Assembly (NCBI GenBank): GCA_011109175.1
Contig: RDEW01000003.1
Location: forward strand, 1,311,528-1,375,527
Direction of reading: 5' to 3'
Length of the DNA stretch: 64,000 nucleotides
DNA from: Dicyema japonicum
Lineage: Eukaryota > Animalia > Dicyemida
Part shown: positions 50,908 to 62,500 of the stretch, in pieces
How positions within the stretch are numbered: position 1 is the first letter of the stretch
Layout: every line of letters begins with the position of its first letter
Notes under the pieces: generated by a model
What the model saw: only the letters and a program-made list of their open reading frames with translations
What the model was told of the DNA's origin: nothing
Databases searched by the model: none
Position numbers and translations under genes: made by a program

Positions 50908-50980
50908 TCTAAAGCAGTGACCGCGGACCGATGCAAGTACGTAGACCAATTTGTACCGGGCCGTGCAAGAAATACATTAT
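50908..50980 (+). mobile_element. hAT (Charlie/Buster-like) 5' end relic
   Basis: ATCTAAAG followed by CAGTG...CCGCGGACCG...GTACCGGGCCG...CAAGAAATA, resembling Charlie-type left ends. Confidence 0.45.
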
Positions 50981-51349
50981 AGAAATATAGCATGCATATA
51001 GAAAATATAGTGTCGTGAGCTCGAAAATGATGGTGACTGAAAGTGGATGATATGTCGATATCGGACGTGTTATCTATATCGTTAGAGAACTCTTAGGAAG
51101 GATCATGGATGTGTATGAAACATTAAGCCCTACCATGTTGGTCTTTCGAAACACTCCTTGATGAGAATTGCCTAAGGATCGGACGTATACTAGCGATACA
51201 GATGCCGTTGTTGAGGGTGCGTTGATGCCAAAGGTTTACATCTTCTGTCTTGCCGACAGAGTGACCCTCACCACGAGAATGAGATCACTGCATCGAAACC
51301 CTACAATAAAACTGGATAAACAAAGGCGTTGTATAGCCTTAGTCGAAAT

Positions 51350-51800
51350 GATATATCGCTTACAGTCTAATAGTTTTTTTAACTTTGTTTAAACGCAGCA
51401 GTAGCAAGGGTCTCTCTTCGAAATATTTTCTCACTGTCTCTAAATAAAAATCCAAACTTGTTTGTCTTCCTGACTCATCCAATCTTTTTTTCATTCTTTT
51501 GAGATTGACTACGTTCCTTAGGAAAAACATTAATTGATAGAACCATTTGTCAAGTTCATTAGGAGACATTGTCTATCCCTCTGTATAAAGTCGACGTCGT
51601 CAGCATAAATGAACTCAGCTATGCCAACTTCATAAAATTTTTGGAGATCACGTAGTGCCTTTTCCGAGTAAATGACAAACAACAAAAGAAGAAGGGACCC
51701 GCTTGAGGAATACAACATTAATGAAAATGTTTTTAAATAATTATTCCAATTCTAACTCGTAGCTTTATGTTGGATAATAAGACTCGTATAAGGAATCCCT
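51350..51800 (-). mobile_element. RTE-like RT relic
   Basis: LFVIYSEKALRDL...EFIYADDVDFI (YADD motif). Confidence 0.8.
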
Positions 51801-52859
51801 CCGTCGCTTTCGACTTCTTTCAAGGATGAATTTCGACAAACAGCACAGAAAGTCATTAGGAAATCAGTGCAAAGGATTTTAGTTGCGATCGTTATCTTTG
51901 GTTTAAACTGCAACGCAATTTGTGACTTCAGACTATATGTGTCTTTTCTCCCTGTCTTGAATCAAAAATAACTGTCGCTCGCGTCGGAAAAGAAGAAATA
52001 GAAGAAAATATTACTAAGAAAGAGGTTTCACGAGGATCGATATAATTTAAAATACTAAGAGTAGTCAAAATTTACTAAAGTTCAACAATGCGTTCATAGT
52101 TCATGAGCTACCAGGCAAATACTCAGAAATAAATATGTCAAAATTTACGTGTTTCATTGAAGACAACTGCAATAGGTTTTCAAAGCCATAGGGGAGGAAA
52201 ACTTTTAGAAACAATTGATTTGTCTACAAAGTTAAGAACAATCGAAGAAAATTCTTAAAGATCGGTGAAACTCTTTAAACGTGGATTACGTTATAGAGAT
52301 TGTATTCTCTTAAAACTGCGTTATGGACACTTTTACGTAAAAAATTAATTGAAAATATCATGTTCGGCCAAGAATCAGCCACTTAAACAAAGATTTAACA
52401 TAAACATTTGATCACGAAAAACTAATAAATTCTTAAATAAATAAAAAGAAAAAATTATTCGAAAAGCTGAGGGCAAAACTCAACAAGCTAATTGATACTA
52501 ACACGCTCCATCGATTCTAAAAGTCGTTTTGAGGTAACGAAATTATTTCCCGGAGAAAGAATTGTAAGAGATTTGTGAATGACGGCCAAGCATTCGGCGT
52601 CTCTTTGGTAAGGTGGATCCAATGAAGTTATCAGAAAAAAGGAAGATAAATTTTTAACCAATTAGCAAATAGCATCACATGGCACACATGACTTCAATGT
52701 AAATGACGCTATAGAGACTGCATCATGGAATAGGACTTTTTTGATTAATGAATTATCAAAATAGATTATTATAATTATAAAATTAATATAAATATCATTT
52801 TTTAATTATTAAAAATAAATTCATCAATATAACAAGTGACCTAATTTATACACATCGAC

Positions 52860-54042
52860 GTGTTCATTTTACATATTTATGTTATGGTTATGTTTTTGCA
52901 CTCAATCACGAATTTCAACTATAAACATAATGTAGTAAATTTTAAAAGTTTATTGAAAAGTACTGATGCAAATGTATTTTATAAATAATAATGGTAGACA
53001 AACGATTATTCAATTAACCCGATGTCCTACTATTCTCATGATAAAATGCCGTATACAATCAATATGAATAACTTGATCTACCAATTTTTTATTGATTTCT
53101 CAGACGAATTTTACAACATTTCAATAAAAATAAATTAAAATCTAGTATTTAATAGTTAACACATAAAGATAGTGAAACCTATACAAATACAACATATCTT
53201 CCGAATATTAAACAAGGAGATTATTACAGATGCGGATATATATCCGTAAACTTTGAGAATGGTGATATGCTAACATTATATTCTTTGGAGATAGAATTTT
53301 ACACTAATCAATCATATTCATGTTTTATTGGAAAAGGTTTTATATAATTTTATTCAGCACATGACTGTGATCCATCTAACAATCCAAATGTTAGAAATTG
53401 GTATTTTATTGAGAAAAATCGACTGAAAGCTATATTAAGTGGGCATTTTAAAATCACATTTTTTCATAATCGTAATGTTGAAATAGTAAATTGTATATTA
53501 TAATATTAGATTAATGATTTAAAGTTTTTTTCGACTATTTGGAAACGAAGATTAATTTTGATAACAATAGTGTTGAGCTAACTCTTGAGGGGGATATTTT
53601 GAAATACATTTGACATTTATTTTGTCTCAAGACAAATATTATATGTCTAAAATTCAGTTAATCATCAATAAAATCTATAATGGGTCTTGGAATTCTAATA
53701 ATTCTAAATTGATTGATGTTGGAAATTCTTGTAAATTCAAATTGTCTCTCACTAAATTTTCTGATGACATATATGCTGAGTTTTCACCATTTAAGGTACA
53801 AATTCTTCGAGATGATTCTAAATTCTGTTATACTGGAAAAGGTTTGATTTTTCCTGAATTTTAGAGTCGCAGTGTTTTGAAAAAGTAACTCATAGAAAAA
53901 TACAAATTCTAATGATTCAAAAAATTTTCTAATTATAGGAATTATGTTTTCTTTTCTAACACTTATAATCATCGGACTCATCACATTTGTTATTAAATCC
54001 CGAAATTTGATAAGACCAATGGAATATCCTCTTGTTAATTAA
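52860..54042 (+). pseudogene. LAMP-like type I membrane glycoprotein with two luminal domains (GTG start, frameshifts)
   Basis: Microintrons, two paralogous halves each ending ..GK|intron, GNSCKF and FKVQI motifs, TM segment FLIIGIMFSFLTLIIIGLITFVI, and a YPLV tail (YxxPhi). Confidence 0.55.
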
Positions 54043-54996
54043 CTGCTATTAATTTTTCTCGTTGTTTTTTTATTTTAGTTACCCAAGCACGTTAATAATA
54101 ATTTGTAAATTATCTTTTTTCAAGTAGCTTTTTTTTTTGTTTTCTCTCTTGAGTATTCGAGGTATTCTGCATTTTCAACTCTATTTCTGATATCGTGATT
54201 ATGGGAAACCGCAGACAGGATCACAGTTTTTCAATTCTCTCTGGAAAATATGATTCGCAATGTAGCATCTGCATACACCTTTTTGTATTCAAAATCATAA
54301 GATTCTCCATTGAATGCTTAGGAGACATCGTAGTATTCGAGAACTTAAATAACAAAATATAACAGCCTCTGACCAGATTTCATCAGTAGACCGTTGTCGC
54401 CAAGACGAGTGAAGTCATAGGGCCTTTGAAGATATGCTTTTAAAATCACTTAGGTCAATTAATCGAAATAGGGCAACCTTTATATTAATTGTAACAATCG
54501 ATTTCGAGTTATAATTAGCTTGAATTTATAATATATTTTTTTAACTCCTTATCACTTTTTCTTATTCGCGTTGAGCGATCTAATTCTGTCTATCAGAATA
54601 ATGAAAGCGACTGGTCAAAAATGAATTGCACACTAGACATACGTATTTTTTCACCTTTAGGGTCTCACCCTTCTCCAAAGCAGAGACTGGGTTAGTTGCT
54701 GTCATAACAAGGTTGGAAAGAGAGAGGCAATCCACACAAGTGGTTTCGCATTGATTGTCAACACAATCGACTAATATGATAGAAAAACAAATCCATTCAT
54801 TTTTTCCACCGTATACATAATATGAAATTAATTAGAAATTTAGTGGAATAGCAGCCCGACCATTATTCAAATTGATTAACTTGTCCCATCCAATTTAAGA
54901 ACTCAAAAGCACAAAAATATATTAATAATGTGTTAACGATTTGTGTCTGAATTTTATTTATGCTGCTTATATATTGAATATTTGTATTATTTGTTA

Positions 54997-55195
54997 ATGC
55001 TGGCTTTAATTTTTATATTTATTTTACATTCAGAATTTTCTTTAAGTATAATTTAGTTTATTGTTAGATTATAATGTTATCGATGGAACATATGATGAAA
55101 TAATCCACGATCTCAACTTTTATAGTTCATCAAATCTATCCGTCAGAAATAAACGAGCCAAAAACATATTTAGCAGAAATGAAATAATAACTTAA
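54997..55195 (+). CDS. Possible 58-aa secreted peptide or truncated relic (22-nt intron, 55046-55067)
   Basis: MLALIFIFILHSEFSLNYNVIDGTYDEIIHDLNFYSSSNLSVRNKRAKNIFSRNEIIT*; TATATA 29 nt upstream; RNKR site. Confidence 0.35.
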
Positions 55196-55714
55196 TAACA
55201 AACCCAAATATTACTTTAATCTTCAAAACAAGAATAGTGAAAACTTGGTCATACACCGGCCTTCTTGACTGCGTAGCTATTCCCTTTCAGGATGGATAGA
55301 GCGAATGCTGGTCTTTCCATAGATCGGTCAGTCTTTGTCTGGTGATACTTACGTCAGTCGAGAAGGGTTGTAAACGAGACAAATTTATCCGGATGTCCTT
55401 GGAACAGAGGATTTTGAATAGTCGATTGGAGGAAGGGGGCCTGCGTAATATTTTATTATCATCGAGTCTAGAGATGGTTATCGTAGAAACAAAATCGTGT
55501 ATCTGTTCAAACGTCCACTGTCTATGAGGCTAAAAGGGAATGATGATAGCATTCAAAACAGGTCCCAAGATGTCCTAATTTTTTTTGTGTTTGGATTTGC
55601 TTAGAGGAATCGAAAATATAATAATTACTATTAATTTAATATTAAGATATTTTTAATGTATTTATTAAATATACAATTATAACCTCTGTTTAATAAATTT
55701 ATGTTAACCTATAA

Positions 55715-56539
55715 ATGTTTATATCCATATGCGCATTTGAATTATTAATTATCTTAATAGCTTCAATTATTCAAGAACAGATGATATTTACAGATAATAG
55801 TTTTGATTAGTTATTAATTGAACGTAGAAAATAAATGCTCCGAACCATTAGTAAAAAATAGAAAAATATGGGAAACAGGTGATCTACAAAATAGAAAAAA
55901 ATCAATGTTACGCGCAGGTATAAATGTAGATTATAAGATGGAAAATAAAGTCGTTAATTATCTACAATATTAGAAATTGCATTTTAAATTTCAGGATAAT
56001 TCCAAATTACATAGGGTTACATCAAGAAATAAAGTTGTTCTATTTTTACCATCGTCATACATTTATATATATTTTACCATTTCCTTGATATCTGATGAAA
56101 GACATTACTTAGACAAGATAGAACTTTTTATTTGTGATTATAATCAGTCATATTTTGACAATTCTGATGATTATACGATTAAACTTGATCGGAATGTGAT
56201 ACCAAATAATCGGCATTATTTTTGTCAAACAATTTTTAAACAATTTTCCTCTGATGTTTCTCTAAATATTTCCTGTTTAATGTTTCAAATATTCAAACCT
56301 TAATTTACAGGAATTTACCGGCGATGGTTGTGTATTAATATGTTTTAGTCCAACAATGCTTCAATTCGAGTAAGCTAACTGTCTTGGATAAGCAATTTCA
56401 TAATAAACTAAAATTCAAAATAGTAGTCGCTGTTGTTTCATTAACAGTTGTCGTGGTATTAATTATTGCTACATATTATTTTAACAAGAGAAGACGTTAC
56501 GAAATTCGTAGTTTAGTAACAATTAATTATTATTATTAG
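55715..56539 (+). pseudogene. LAMP-like single-domain membrane protein with one frameshift near 56300 (pseudogene or sequence error)
   Basis: Signal peptide, three microintrons, IPNNRHYFC...LMFQIF...FTGDVQQC (LAMP P.G.SY.C...QAF...FG..C), then TM IVVAVVSLTVVVVLIIATYYF and KRRRYEI. Confidence 0.6.
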
Positions 56540-56939
56540 CTATAACATTGTGGTCTTGGGTCTCAATAATAATAATAATGATCTTCAAAACATAGTAATA
56601 TCAACAAGCATCCATTACATTCACCTTCTGACGGACGATTTGCAAAGTTCTTTCAATTTTGGAGTAAACAAGATTTACACCGATATTCTTGTACACTTGA
56701 GACTTACTTTTTTAAGATTTTAGATTTTCGTAATTTCGTCCATGTGCAAGAAAAGAAAGACAAGGGTTTTTATCTATAATGTATCGAAGAATGTGTTGTA
56801 GAATTACCAATCTCTACATAAAACCATTAGTTACATTCTGTGCAACCAACATCGTCAAGGATATACTCAATATTTCCTCATTAATTGACATCAGCTCTCC
56901 GATTTATTAAAATTAAAATTATAGCGTTGCGTTATGTGG

Positions 56940-58505
56940 TCCACCAATTCAAAAAATTCAAAAGGATATGCAACGCCCAGAGGGCTTCTAATACCCTTCC
57001 GAAAAGGACCATTAGACCCTTCCCCAGGGGTCATTATCGACCCCCGGCGATGTGTTTCAAGAAAGTCCAAACATTCCCGGCGAAAACCCTCAGCCCACTA
57101 GTGAGAAAAGAAATTTACTGCTCTCCAATTAAACATCAACGGAATTAAAAAAATCAGGTAACTCACGTTCAATCCTGGCAAATCAGGAGATCGATGTGGC
57201 CATTATTCAAGAAACTAAACTCCGCATGCATGATTCCACTCCTTCATTCCCTGGATACGAGGCAATTAGGATAGACCGTAAAAAGAGAAGAGGGGGTGGA
57301 CTACTTACTCTATTCAAAAAGAACCTGAAATGCAGAGACATTACTCGGAAGTGAGGAAACTTGTTGGAAATGACGAGGTTACTGAGGCAATTGGAATTTC
57401 GCTTAGGACAACGAAAGGAAGTATGTGCCTCGTGAATATCTACTTGCCTCTTCCCGGCTCCTGCCCAAAGGACTTGTTATTCCAAACCTATCAAGATTGG
57501 CTATCTACGATGAGATAATCATATGTGGAGATTTAAATGCAAAGCACCCATTATGGTTGTCAACCCAACAGGCCGACACGAGAAAGAAGCTATTGTGATT
57601 GAAATCGGACTCCCTAACGATACTGAACGATCCAGCGAAAAATACAAGGAACCCACTCAGAGAGACAGATCAGTTTACCTTACCTGATGTAACACTCTGC
57701 TCATCGTCGCTTTTATCTAAAATTGATTGGTCAGTCCTCTACGAACAAGAAGCGACCATAATCCAATTGTGATGAAGGTCATGAGAGAAGTCAGAGTGAG
57801 GAGAACACCAACTAGTTATATTACAAAGCTGCTAATTGGGAATTGCATGGCGCAATCTCTGATGATAGACTGAAGAATTGTTTGGAAATTGACTGTCAAG
57901 ACTGAAGAATTGTTCGGACAAAAGGTTGGGGAAAATGACTGTCAAGTTAAAATTGGACAACATTGAAATCCCCTTCACCAAATGTCAGAAGATCCTGGAC
58001 GTGACACTGGATATATACTTATGTTTGTCACCGCACGTGGCAAACATTGTTCTGAAGTGCGAGAAAAGGATCAATGTATTAAAAAGTTTATCTGGAATAT
58101 GGAAGACAGGTTTTTCTGGAATATGGTACCCACCCAGTCTTGATGAACATTTACAAGCAATACATCGAACCATGCTTCTTGTACGAGTGTGCTTCGTGGG
58201 GACCTTCATTATCATGGACGAACACTGAGAAAATTGAGGAAGTTCAAAAGAATGCTTTAAGAATGACGGAGCGGTGGTCTTGTGGGAAACACAGAACCGG
58301 ACCAACAACTCTGGAAACCCTCATTAAACAAAACTCCGGCATGAGGGAAGGTGGCCCTGCAAATACAGTCAGCCTCCCTGTACGAGCTTGTGTGGGTACG
58401 AGGGAGGAGTACCGGAAAGAATGAGGATTTTGGCGGAGCTCATCTGGATCAAGTGATAGTTAGTTTTGGTTTTACCGTAGTCTTGGGTTTTAAATAAATA
58501 AATTA
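56940..58505 (+). mobile_element. I/ingi-like LINE, internally deleted (APE plus post-RT 3' end)
   Basis: LQLNING, IDVAIIQETKL, RIDR..RRGGGLLT, ICGDLNAKHPLW and PDVTL APE motifs; 3' part matches 35310-35880; same tail. Confidence 0.9.
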
Positions 58506-59059
58506 AATAAATCAGCTCTCCGTTGATTGTCATCAGGGTCCATTTTTATAAAAAAAAAAAAAAAAAAACGGTCCACATCGTTCTGAAAAGTTGTGGCATT
58601 ATATGTTATATTCGCATGAGGTAAAGATTGTGTCGAGAAATGTAAGACAATGCGGAGTCATTTTTGTTTGTAGTAGAGTTGAGCTTTTCTTGTCGGATAG
58701 CGGAATAAAGGAAATTGGCGTCTTCAGCATTGAAGATAGATGTTCCTTGGAGAAAAGCAGATATCGTTGCTATCACTTGAGAAAAAGTCGTCCTTCCTGC
58801 ATGTCATTTGACCTCCATTTGGAAGATTCTGCTCTAGTCCGAGGTGCAGGGAGAGTAATTCTGACTGTTCTTTAATCTCCACCAATGGTGTTATCGTCTA
58901 GAAACCAGACGTTAAGCGATACCCTGATTGTGAGATCGATTAAGGCAAATAATAGAGTTCAGATGGAGTATCTTTGCTTCCCACTCAGTACCCAAAAATG
59001 GAAGGAGACAATGAAACTTGGATCGCTTTTTGAAACTCCGAAGACATTGACAAAGCAAG

Positions 59060-59560
59060 TTGTTATCTACGTTCACCATTCAATAGCTTCTAAGGGAAAA
59101 ATCAAAAGATGTCATGTCTACCCAGCAATGTGACTCTGATTGTATGAGACTTTCCCATCTGATCCTTACGTATAACACTGGAATATGGGGAATCTAGAAA
59201 ACCCACGAAAAAGGCTTGACTTTATTAATAGGAATCAACTTCGGTCTCTCTTGAGATTAAAGTGGTGAATGGTTGTAAAGAGCGAAGCATTGTACAAAAA
59301 TACTTTTCTGGATCTCCGATCATTAAGAGTCGTTGGAAACTGTTTGGTCACATTCTAAGAATGGAGCGAGATACGCCAGTAAACATCTTAATGGAAAAAT
59401 TTTTTCAAGCGTCTGGAGAAACGTTTTCGCGTATAACTCTCCTCGAAGTCCTTAATGAGACTTGAAACTAGAAACAGAACATTAAGGGACGATGTATACC
59501 TGTTGTCTCTGGGTCTGGTTTGCATAAAAAAGGTGGGAGAGACTAGTATCTTAGATCATA
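59060..59560 (+). mobile_element. RTE-like post-RT relic
   Basis: ILTYNTGIWG and RWKLFGHILRMERDTP motifs. Confidence 0.75.
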
Positions 59561-62500
59561 CCAACGCGGCACAAATAGATTTAGCTCATATTATTCCAAT
59601 AATATTACCTTAGTGAATACTGAACTTAAAAACAAGGAAATGACCTGAAATAATGTTACCATGGAGGATGTCTCACTTGAGTCACTTTATGGCTCTCCAA
59701 TAATAACCATCTTTTACGATTTATCCAGTACTTTAATATATTACGTGAAGAGCTCCCACATAGAATTACTAGGTTGTCCTTTTGATGGCTCTGAATATCC
59801 CCTGTATATTTAGAAGGACAAACTAATCGGTACTTTTTTTTTATTTTTCGAGGAGGGCGGTGATTAAGACCAGCCTTAAAGTCAATGTGAAGGAAGGAAT
59901 GATGACTATGCTGTAGACAAAAATGAAGGTTTCTCTTTTGAGACATTACATATATAAAGGCATTTTTCTCCCTAAATTTCTTCCTTAGATCAATGTTCTC
60001 CAACTTTTTTGTTACCGCGGAAAGCTATATGCTAAAAAATTTTACCGCAGCTCGGAGGTAGATTTTAAATTTGCAACCTACATGTGCCAGCGTACAACAA
60101 TATGAAAAGAAAAAACTCGAAATATATTAAAAATCCCATTGATAGTTTACATTGTAAATTTACTTTATTTTTTCAAACTAAATACAGTACACAAAAAATA
60201 ATAAACGTTCTATGAACATTTTAACTTACTAGAACACCGAGTCAATGTAACTAAACCAAAAAAGTGACGTCATTCAGTGGAGTTTGAAATCGATCACGGT
60301 TCGATTTCTATTAATGCCATCAATAGCTCAGTAATTAACGACCTCCTTAGACTATTCGGAAGCAAGGTTTCTCTACAAGGATGGTCGTATCTACTGTCAA
60401 GACTTGCAGTTGTATCATATAAAATTTATGTCTATATTAACATAATTAGACAATAGGATGCAAGCTTTCTTCTTGTACCTTCAAAACTTTTAGAAGATTG
60501 GCAATCTCTTATCCGGATATGCATACTAGTTTTGGGCAAAATAAACTTGACGGACACTAAGAGGCTTCATCATTTGTAGCTACTTTTTTGTTAGTGAGCG
60601 TTTTCTTAGCTTGAAACCACTGAAGTAAAAATAAATCAGACAACTTTCACTGAGAAAAATAAAAAATAGTCATTTTCCAATATTCAATATTAAAATTTGA
60701 AAATTATAAAATATTCATAACAAAAGTTTTATTAAATTTAATGGCGATGTCCACAGGAGATTAAAGTAAATTAAAAAACATAATCAAGCTATTCATAGAA
60801 TATTGAAGAAATAAGATGCTAAACATAATAATAATAATAATAACAGCCTTTTTTACGGAGCAGTGGTAACAGTCCAGAATCTTAAATTTTTTTGTTTGTT
60901 ATATTGAGATACTTTTAGTATACAAACAGCAAAAGTGTCCATAATTTAAGCTGTGATTTCATACCTTTGTTAATATTAGACAAGAATTTAGAATTCTTTG
61001 ATTTGTCTGGATCTCAATTAATTATAAATTATTAAACCCGTATTTAACCAATTGACTTTTAGATAGCTATTCAAAAGAGGAATTCAGCAGTTTAGTTTTC
61101 TAAAAATTTCGCAATTTTTCTAAATATTGACAAAGTCATATAATTATTATTTATTACAGATTGAATCAAATTTTTTGATCCATAATTTGGTCAATGCTAT
61201 TTTTTATTTTGAGCATAAAGATGAGCTTATTTGTTATACATTAAATAATATTCGTGAATGTGATTCTGAAATTCGATTTACTTTATAAACTATTTTTGAG
61301 GTAGTTGGTAAGTTTACTACAGTTTATTTGTCGGTTGTTGACAACATCAAAAAATCCTAATGTAATTCGAGAAATTATGTAATTTTGTTAGTAAATTTTG
61401 TAGGTATTGTCTGGACTCCAAAATAAGTGATGAGCACATTTCTCAATCTTATCGATGGTTAGAAATTATGTAAATATAGCTTTATTTATAAAGCCTTACT
61501 TGTTGTTTTAAAAACTTATTGTTGTGATTATAAGGTAATTACATTTATATGTTTTAAGTTTTCATAAAGGATGATTAAAACAAAATCTTCATCAGAGGTA
61601 ATGAAGTCTCCTACCATACAGCCAAAGCACAAACCAGGAGACCTCGAAGACAATCCACCTGTGCATCGGTTGTCTTCAAATAGAACTGCAAGACGGGGGC
61701 CATGTGCTGAAGGAATCGTAGAAATCGATTTATTGGAGTCTCATTCTCAGACGTGAATCTCAAAAAGACCACAATAATAATCTCTTGTAACTGAGACGAT
61801 GACAGAACGCACATGAGTCTATTATAAAGCATAAAATAACTTTAATGAGTTCAACTCGAAGTGAGGCTTTCCACGGTGGGAAGTTTATTAGCAGCGTACC
61901 TTTTGATCGTCTCATGGGCTTCTGAAATGAAATGAGAAACGTAATCTGTTATTTCACTTTCTTCCTCATCACTATCTTCACTTTTTTCGATTTAAATCCT
62001 CCATCGAAAAGATGAATTCAGCTCATCCCCTAAGTTTTTGTAAAAGTAAGCAAACTCAGAAATGCACACACTATTATATTGGAAGTATATAAATTTGTCG
62101 AAAGATTATATTAATTAGTTAACATGATCTTCGATTAAAATACTTGGTGTTCAAAGTGTATAGCGAGATACTGACTTTTCTCCTTCGACTATGGACCTCC
62201 GTGTTCATCGGGAAATGATTCTGAATTTCGTATCACCCTTATGAATAAATTTTTGCCACGTCAATGATTAATCGTTTCCATAATAGCTATAGATTGTAAT
62301 GCTATAATTAATTTGTATTTTTATTTAAATTGTTAATGTGACCTTTTACTTTTAGTGAAGGTATACAAGATTTTCTATTTGGGAATCTTCTAGTAAGATC
62401 TCTTTAGCAGATACTTAGATTATTCCACTCCTTATTCATCATATTGTTAATTAGAAAATTTTTTCTATACGCATTGTGATGTCGCTCAAATAACAATATA

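Noticed and set aside
59656-60003. 115-aa ORF as a host gene
   Set aside because: No ATG start or splice support; at most a faint resemblance to a pogo DDE region, too weak to call.
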